From an uncultured Actinomycetota bacterium (GTDB lineage: Bacteria; Actinomycetota; Actinomycetes; JAHEKZ01), in assembly GCA_963718235.1 (NCBI GenBank), contig CAVQYR010000001.1, forward strand, positions 416,001 through 480,000: a stretch of 64,000 nucleotides of DNA. The letters are read 5' to 3'. Under the pieces are notes generated by a model. It had not been told where the DNA came from, did no database searches, and was given only the letters and a program-made list of their open reading frames with translations. A program made the position numbers and the translations under genes. The number at the start of each line of letters is the position of its first letter. Positions within the stretch are counted from its first letter, which is position 1. This document shows, piece by piece, positions 58,591-64,000 of this stretch.

Positions 58591-59277
58591 ATGCGCGTCG
58601 AGCTCCGCCACCAGCCCAGCTTCTCCGTCGCCCGGGTTCAGCTCGACCCCGGTGAGCAGGTCAGGGCGGAGTCCGGGGCGATGGCCATGCACTCACTCGG
58701 CGTCAACGTCGAGGCGCAGATGCGTGGCGGAGTCATGGGCGCGCTGAAGCGCGGAGTGCTCGGTGGTGAGTCGCTGTTCGTGACCACCTACACCGCACAC
58801 GCCCAAGCCGCGGGCTGGGTCGACTTCGCAGCGAACCTGCCAGGGGACATCTGGACGACGTCGGTCGAGCCGGGTCGCGACCTGTTCGTCACGCGCGGCT
58901 CGTGGCTCGCCAGCGCCGCGGGGGTCGAGCTGGACACCAAGTGGGGCGGAAGCCAGCAGCTGTTCGGGGGCGAGGGCGGTTTCGTGCTCCACGCGACCGG
59001 TCAGGGTCCGGTGATCATCGCCGCCTACGGGGCCATGGACGTCCACGAGCTGCAGGAGGGGCAGGGGTTCACCGTCGACTCCGGCCACCTCGTCGCGTAC
59101 GACCCATCGGTGACCTTGAAGACCCGCAAGGCCGCGAGCGGACTCATGCAGACGATGAAGTCAGGCGAGGGGCTCGTCATGGACTTCATGGGACCTGGCC
59201 GGGTGGTCACCCAGACCCGCAGCCCCAACTCGCTGGTGTCGTGGCTGCAGTCGGTGATCCCCGGGTCGCGCGGTTGA
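58591..59277 (+). CDS. TIGR00266/AIM24 family protein
   Basis: VRAESGAM, GGESLF, FGGEG.F, VDSGHLVA, SGEGLV..F.GPG.V.TQTR; AAGGAG RBS. Confidence 0.9.
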   Translation: MRVELRHQPSFSVARVQLDPGEQVRAESGAMAMHSLGVNVEAQMRGGVMGALKRGVLGGESLFVTTYTAHAQAAGWVDFAANLPGDIWTTSVEPGRDLFVTRGSWLASAAGVELDTKWGGSQQLFGGEGGFVLHATGQGPVIIAAYGAMDVHELQEGQGFTVDSGHLVAYDPSVTLKTRKAASGLMQTMKSGEGLVMDFMGPGRVVTQTRSPNSLVSWLQSVIPGSRG

Positions 59278-60791
59278 TTCATCCGTTCGTCCTTCGTGCG
59301 GGCGCCGCCCTCGGGGCGGCGCTCGTGCTGCTGTCCGCCTGCAGCGACTCTTCGCCCGCTCCTCGGCCCACATCGGGTGCCGAAGCGTCATCTCCGAGCA
59401 GCAGGGAGCTGAAGCCCTTCTACGAACAGCAGGCGAAGTGGTCGGCGTGTGGGGGCGGTGCCGAGTGCGCGACGGTCACCGTCCCCCTCGACTACTCCGA
59501 CCCTGCCGGCAAGACCATCGACCTGGCCCTGCTGCGCGTGCCAGCGTCCGGCACCCGGATCGGCTCCCTGCTGGTGAACCCCGGTGGGCCTGGCGTGCAG
59601 GGGACGGAGTACGCGCGCAACTCCGGCTACTACTTCAACGACCCGCTGCGTGAGTCCTACGACATCGTGGGCTGGGACCCTCGCGGTGTCGGCGGCAGCG
59701 CACCGGTCGACTGCGTCGACGACGCGGACCTCGACCAGATCATCGCCTTTGACGGGACCCCTGACACCCCTGCCGAGCAGCGCGAGCTCCGATCACTGGC
59801 GCAGGGGTTCGTCGACGGCTGTGACGGACGGTCCGGCGGGCTGTTGCCGCGCATCGGCACCGAGGACAGCGCCCGCGACATGGACGTCATCCGGGCGGTG
59901 CTCGGACAACCGAGGCTGGACTACTTCGGGGCCTCGTACGGCACATTGCTCGGAGCCACGTACGCCGACCTGTTCCCCCAGCGCGTGGGACGGTTCGTGC
60001 TCGACGGAGCGGTCGACCCGTCGATCGACAGCCGCGAGCTCGGTCTGGTGCAGGCGCAGGGCTTCGAGACAGCTCTGGATGCGTTCCTCGACGACTGCAT
60101 CGGGGCGGGCAGCTGCCCGGTGGGTCCCACCAAGGAGGCGGCTCGCACGCAGATCGGCGAGCTGCTCGACACTGCTGATGCCCAGCCGCTGCCGACCGGT
60201 ACCGACCGTGAGCTCACCGAGGCGCTGGCGCTCACCGGGATGTTCGCCTCGCTGTACAGCCGCGAGCAGGGCTGGCCGGCCCTGCGCCTCGGTCTGGAGC
60301 GGGCGCTCCAGGGTGATGGCTCGACCCTGCTCCAGCTCGCCGACTTCTACACCGAGCGTCAGGCCGACGGCACCTTCGCCAGCAACGTCAACGAGGCATT
60401 CCCGGCGATCAGCTGCACCGACGAACCGACCGACCGGACCGTGCGCCAGATCCGACGGGACACAAGAGTCTGGCAGCGCACTGCCCCGTTGTTCGGGGAG
60501 CCGTTCGCCTGGGGCCAGTACAACTGCTCCATCTGGCCGCTGCCGGCTCAGGGCCCGCGCCCGCTCACTGCCGAGGGCGCCGACCCGATCCTCGTCGTCG
60601 GTACCACCCGTGATCCAGCCACCCCGTACGAGTGGTCGGTGAACCTCGCCGACCAGCTCGACAGCGGGGTCCTGCTGACCCGCGACGGCGATGGCCACAC
60701 GGGGTACAAGTCCGGCAACGACTGCATCGACGAGGCCGTCGAGAAGTACCTGCTGGACGGCGTGGTTCCTCGCGAAGGGACCTCCTGCTAG
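59274..60791 (+). CDS. Secreted lipoprotein alpha/beta hydrolase (TAP-like peptidase)
   Basis: Lipobox LSAC, NPGGPG, DPRGVG.S, GASYG nucleophile, DPATP, GHT. Confidence 0.92.
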   Translation: MIHPFVLRAGAALGAALVLLSACSDSSPAPRPTSGAEASSPSSRELKPFYEQQAKWSACGGGAECATVTVPLDYSDPAGKTIDLALLRVPASGTRIGSLLVNPGGPGVQGTEYARNSGYYFNDPLRESYDIVGWDPRGVGGSAPVDCVDDADLDQIIAFDGTPDTPAEQRELRSLAQGFVDGCDGRSGGLLPRIGTEDSARDMDVIRAVLGQPRLDYFGASYGTLLGATYADLFPQRVGRFVLDGAVDPSIDSRELGLVQAQGFETALDAFLDDCIGAGSCPVGPTKEAARTQIGELLDTADAQPLPTGTDRELTEALALTGMFASLYSREQGWPALRLGLERALQGDGSTLLQLADFYTERQADGTFASNVNEAFPAISCTDEPTDRTVRQIRRDTRVWQRTAPLFGEPFAWGQYNCSIWPLPAQGPRPLTAEGADPILVVGTTRDPATPYEWSVNLADQLDSGVLLTRDGDGHTGYKSGNDCIDEAVEKYLLDGVVPREGTSC

Positions 60792-60805
60792 CTACGGTTC
60801 GGCTC

Positions 60806-61939
60806 GTGAGCCCTTCCCCGGCGGCGCTCAGCCGTCGCTCACCGTCGACGACGCATGCGCGCTCGGCGGTTCTCGACAACGCCAAGTACCTGCTGATCAC
60901 CCTCGTCGTGATCGGCCACATCCTGCGCCCCGGCCCTGAGAACGAGATCGCCATGCAAGGGGCGTTGTGGGTGTGGATCTACCTGTTTCACATGCCAGCT
61001 TTCGCCTTCGTCTCCGGGCACCTGGTCGGGATCAGGCCACCGACCGCTCACCGGTACCGCGACCTGGTGCTGCGCCTGCTGATCCCCTACCTGCTGTTCA
61101 ACAGCTTCTACGTCGTCCTCGACCGGGTGGCGCTCGGCAGCGGGGAGCCGTTCGACCTCACCGAGCCCTACTGGCTCACCTGGTTCCTGCTGTCGCTGTT
61201 CTGGTGGCGCCTGCTGCTGCCGGTGATCCTGCAGCTGCGGTACCCCGTGGCGACGTCGGTGGTGATCTCGCTGGTCGCTGGGCTGGTCCCCGGTGTGGGG
61301 TCGCAGTTCTCGGCGTCGCGGACGTTGTCGATGCTGCCGTTCTTCGTCCTGGGTGCCGTCCTGACCCGTCAGCAGATCCTGTGGCGTCCTCCGCGCGGAG
61401 ACCGGCTGGTCGGAGGGCTGGTCCTGGCGGCTGCCTTCGTCGCGGCCTGGGTGATGGCGTCGAACATGGGGCTGATGACCGACTGGATGTCGTGGAAGGT
61501 CGGGTACGCCGAGCAGGGGCTCGATCCGCTGACCGGGCTTGCCATCCGGGCCCTTCTCCTCGGGGTCGGGATCGTGATGACCTTCGCGTTCTTGTCCGTC
61601 GTGCCCCGCGCCCGCACCGGCTACACCCTGCTCGGCGCGTTCACGATCTACCCGTACCTGCTGCACGGGCTGGTCGTACGTGGGTACCGGGCCACGCCAC
61701 TGCCTGACGCGTCTGAGACGTGGGTCGGCTTCGTGCTGCTCATCGCCGTGGGCGTTGCCCTGACGGCCGCGCTGTCGACCGAGCCCGTTCGACGCCGCGC
61801 CCGGTTCGCAGTCGAGCCGCGGCTGCACTGGCTGTTCGTCCGGGACGCGACCCCGACCCCCTCTGCGCCGGACGAAACGGCGCCACCGCACGGCTCGAGG
61901 TCTCAGCTCCAACCCGCTACCGGGTCACCGGCTCCGTAG
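60806..61939 (+). CDS. Acyltransferase family 3 membrane protein
   Basis: DNAKYLLI.LVVIGH, IYLFHMPAF.FVSG, WFLLSLF.W, YLLHG. Confidence 0.88.
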   Translation: MSPSPAALSRRSPSTTHARSAVLDNAKYLLITLVVIGHILRPGPENEIAMQGALWVWIYLFHMPAFAFVSGHLVGIRPPTAHRYRDLVLRLLIPYLLFNSFYVVLDRVALGSGEPFDLTEPYWLTWFLLSLFWWRLLLPVILQLRYPVATSVVISLVAGLVPGVGSQFSASRTLSMLPFFVLGAVLTRQQILWRPPRGDRLVGGLVLAAAFVAAWVMASNMGLMTDWMSWKVGYAEQGLDPLTGLAIRALLLGVGIVMTFAFLSVVPRARTGYTLLGAFTIYPYLLHGLVVRGYRATPLPDASETWVGFVLLIAVGVALTAALSTEPVRRRARFAVEPRLHWLFVRDATPTPSAPDETAPPHGSRSQLQPATGSPAP

Positions 61940-61967
61940 CTGCGCCGGCGCCCGTTGCCGTACCCGG

Positions 61968-62312
61968 TCACGTCCCCGGGCCCCGCATCCGCCACGCGTC
62001 GGTCACGAGCTCGCGGAGTCGCTCGACGTCGAGCTCGGCGAGCCGAACCATGACCAGGGGCCAGCCGTCGTACCCGGTCGTGGTGAAGAACAGCTCGGGC
62101 TCGCCGAGCAGTAGCGCCTGCTTCTCCGCCTCGTCGCCCACGTAGAGGACTGCGATGTCGGTCCTGATCAGCCGGGGCTTCCCCTCCCGACGCTCGGGGT
62201 AGGACCAGACGAACCCCTTGTTGTTCACCCGGAAGTCGAAGCCGTCGCTCGGCATCTCGACGACGTCGGGCAGGGCGGTCGCCAGGCGGCGTACGTCGTC
62301 TGCGTCAGCCAA
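61968..62312 (-). CDS. MmcQ/YjbR-family protein
   Basis: DVRRLA..LP, FRV..K.F, FFTT.GYDGWP.V.VRL, ELVTDAW. Confidence 0.85.
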   Translation of the reverse strand: MADADDVRRLATALPDVVEMPSDGFDFRVNNKGFVWSYPERREGKPRLIRTDIAVLYVGDEAEKQALLLGEPELFFTTTGYDGWPLVMVRLAELDVERLRELVTDAWRMRGPGT

Positions 62313-62487
62313 GGCACGTCTCCTCGGTCGCTCCCACCGGGCCGAACAGAAGGCCGGTGCCGGAAGCGTACGCCGGACGGCGGAGGTCTAGCGGGAGCGC
62401 AGCCGAGCACGTCCGGGCTCGGGCACCGGCGTCGAGCCCGGTGTGGAACCCGGTTAGACTCCCTCCTCGTGCCGGTTCGCCGGTCAC

Positions 62488-62564
<77 letters not shown>

Positions 62565-62616
62565 CTTTCGTCGGCTCCACAGCGTCTCGACGGCGGCTCT
62601 CTTGCTTCCCAGGTCA

Positions 62617-62663
62617 GACACCGAGAGACCCCGGGGCCGTGAGCGCCGGGGTCTCTGGGTGTC
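62617..62663 (+). terminator. Hairpin downstream of tRNA-Thr
   Basis: AGAGACCCCGG (62624-62634) / CCGGGGTCTCT (62646-62656), extended by GACACC/GGTGTC. Confidence 0.65.
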
Positions 62664-62746
62664 ACAGGAACGTCGCCTGACTACCCGCGACGGACGGATC
62701 GGTACCGCCTCAAGGAGAGGCTGCCCGTCTCCTCGGGCGCCATGGC

Positions 62747-63238
62747 CTAATGCGTTGCGGCGACGGTGATGGTCTCACCGGTGGCGTCGTTGGTCAGCTG
62801 GACTGTGATCATGTGGCCTCCAGCGTCTTGGGTGGAGAGCCGGTTGATCGAGAACGTGCCGCCGCCCTCGCTCGCCACGGTGGTGGCCTGCCCCCGGCTG
62901 AAGACCTGGCCGGCATGGCTGAATGTGACCTTCCAGACTTGTCCCGACGCGGCCGAGTGCAGTTCGACCTCCACCTCGGTCTTGTCGTCCTCGCGGTACG
63001 TCGTGATGCGGGCGCGGCTGCCTATGCTGCCCGTGGCAACTTCGCTCAGGTCCGGCGAGGCCGTGGGTGTGGCGGCAGTGCTCTCGCCCGGCGCGAGTGT
63101 TTGCGAGTCGCTCGTGCTTGCCGCTGGGGTGTTCTTCGTTCCCGCACCGGTATCGGATGTCGACCCGCATCCTGTCGCGGTGGCGGCAACCAGTGCCATA
63201 GCCACCGCCGCGATGGCGACGGTCTGACCTCTCATCAT
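62747..63238 (-). CDS. Hypothetical lipoprotein
   Basis: Signal peptide ending ATG-C, Ser/Thr linker, beta-rich C-terminal domain; GAGGAGGGAG RBS. Confidence 0.75.
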   Translation of the reverse strand: MMRGQTVAIAAVAMALVAATATGCGSTSDTGAGTKNTPAASTSDSQTLAPGESTAATPTASPDLSEVATGSIGSRARITTYREDDKTEVEVELHSAASGQVWKVTFSHAGQVFSRGQATTVASEGGGTFSINRLSTQDAGGHMITVQLTNDATGETITVAATH

Positions 63239-63392
63239 CAGCGACTCCCTCCTCGGCGGTCTTCCCAGGCGGGCCGCCAGGGGCTCCTGGGGGCACGGTG
63301 CAGGTCGAGCGGGGATCGAAGCCATGGCACGCCTCGATCCGCCGCTCAGCGCACTGATGCGCGCTCGCGTACCACAGAGCCACGACGGTCGG

Positions 63393-63785
63393 TCAGTCGA
63401 CGCGAAGCGTCCCCTTCGAGACGAGGGTGCCGCCGGGCGCGCGCACTCGGATGACGTCCCCAGAATTCATCGTGGGAACACCGTGATGCCGATCCAGGAA
63501 CACCGTACCGGTGGAACGAACCCGAGCCCGGCCGACCAAGTCGCCGTCTACGCGGACAGTGACCCTCTTCCCGGAGATCGTCTGAGCGTGGTGGATCACC
63601 ATCTCGAACTCTCCGGAACCGCCGTAGTACTCGGCCATCCCGTGCACCTGCGGGAACGCCGTCGTCGATCGCATGCGGGCGTCGAGCGACGTCGCGGCGG
63701 TCGCCGGGGCCATCGGAACAACAGCGACGGCGACGAGCGCGAGGGTGACAACAGCACGTGGTGCGAACCTTCGGAGTGAGAGCAT
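63393..63785 (-). CDS. Hypothetical secreted protein
   Basis: Sec-type signal peptide (RRFAPR, hydrophobic core, ATA), beta-rich mature part; AGGGAG RBS. Confidence 0.72.
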   Translation of the reverse strand: MLSLRRFAPRAVVTLALVAVAVVPMAPATAATSLDARMRSTTAFPQVHGMAEYYGGSGEFEMVIHHAQTISGKRVTVRVDGDLVGRARVRSTGTVFLDRHHGVPTMNSGDVIRVRAPGGTLVSKGTLRVD

Positions 63786-64000
63786 CTCCGTCTCCCTACT
63801 TGGCTGGGACACCAATAGTGTTCTGCCGTAGGGGCGGGCCGGGTAGAGGAGGAAGTCCCGGCGAGCACTGGATGATCGAGGCAGCCAACCACTCCGGCAC
63901 CTACATCTTGCACGCCAACAGTGAGGCCTTCACCAGGGTGCAGATCATCACGGTTGAGGAACCTCAACATGGTAGGCAGCGCTCTGCCGCCCGTTCGGCG

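Noticed and set aside
63872-64000. Possible ORF start (MIEAANHSG...) at the window edge
   Set aside because: Truncated, with poorly spaced RBS and no recognisable motif; cannot be supported.

Overview
High-GC actinobacterial chromosome, mostly conserved backbone. Gene order: rocD, pntAA/AB/B, upp, tadA, two tRNA-Ser, SRP RNA, dnaX, recR, ask, asd; a small accessory block next to tRNA-Pro (transglutaminase, DUF58, MoxR, ATPase-wHTH, methyltransferase); then the region known from Streptomyces and Mycobacterium: PBP, wblA/whiB4, ArsA pair, crp, nth, marP, nhaA, acs, HAD hydrolase, 6C RNA, ssd-Tad pilus cluster, DUF1998 helicase, hppA, topA, tmk, holB, tRNA-Thr. I saw no prophage, transposase, integrase or CRISPR array. 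Best candidate for an undescribed system: a ~1.05 kb cassette between topA and tmk, where a lone AbiEi-like/DUF559 nuclease gene is bracketed by two direct-repeat 22-bp-stem palindromes showing compensatory base changes (REP/RAYT-like layout with a different enzyme). Other points: an RsiG-like c-di-GMP-motif protein between crp and nth, BldD-like boxes upstream of wblA, a candidate cation-responsive leader on nhaA, a SigE-family sigma-factor remnant, no room for Ms1 RNA at its usual site, a short ORF in the ybaB slot, and three +1 frameshifts within 3.3 kb (probably assembly errors). All family calls come from motif recognition by eye; no database search was run.
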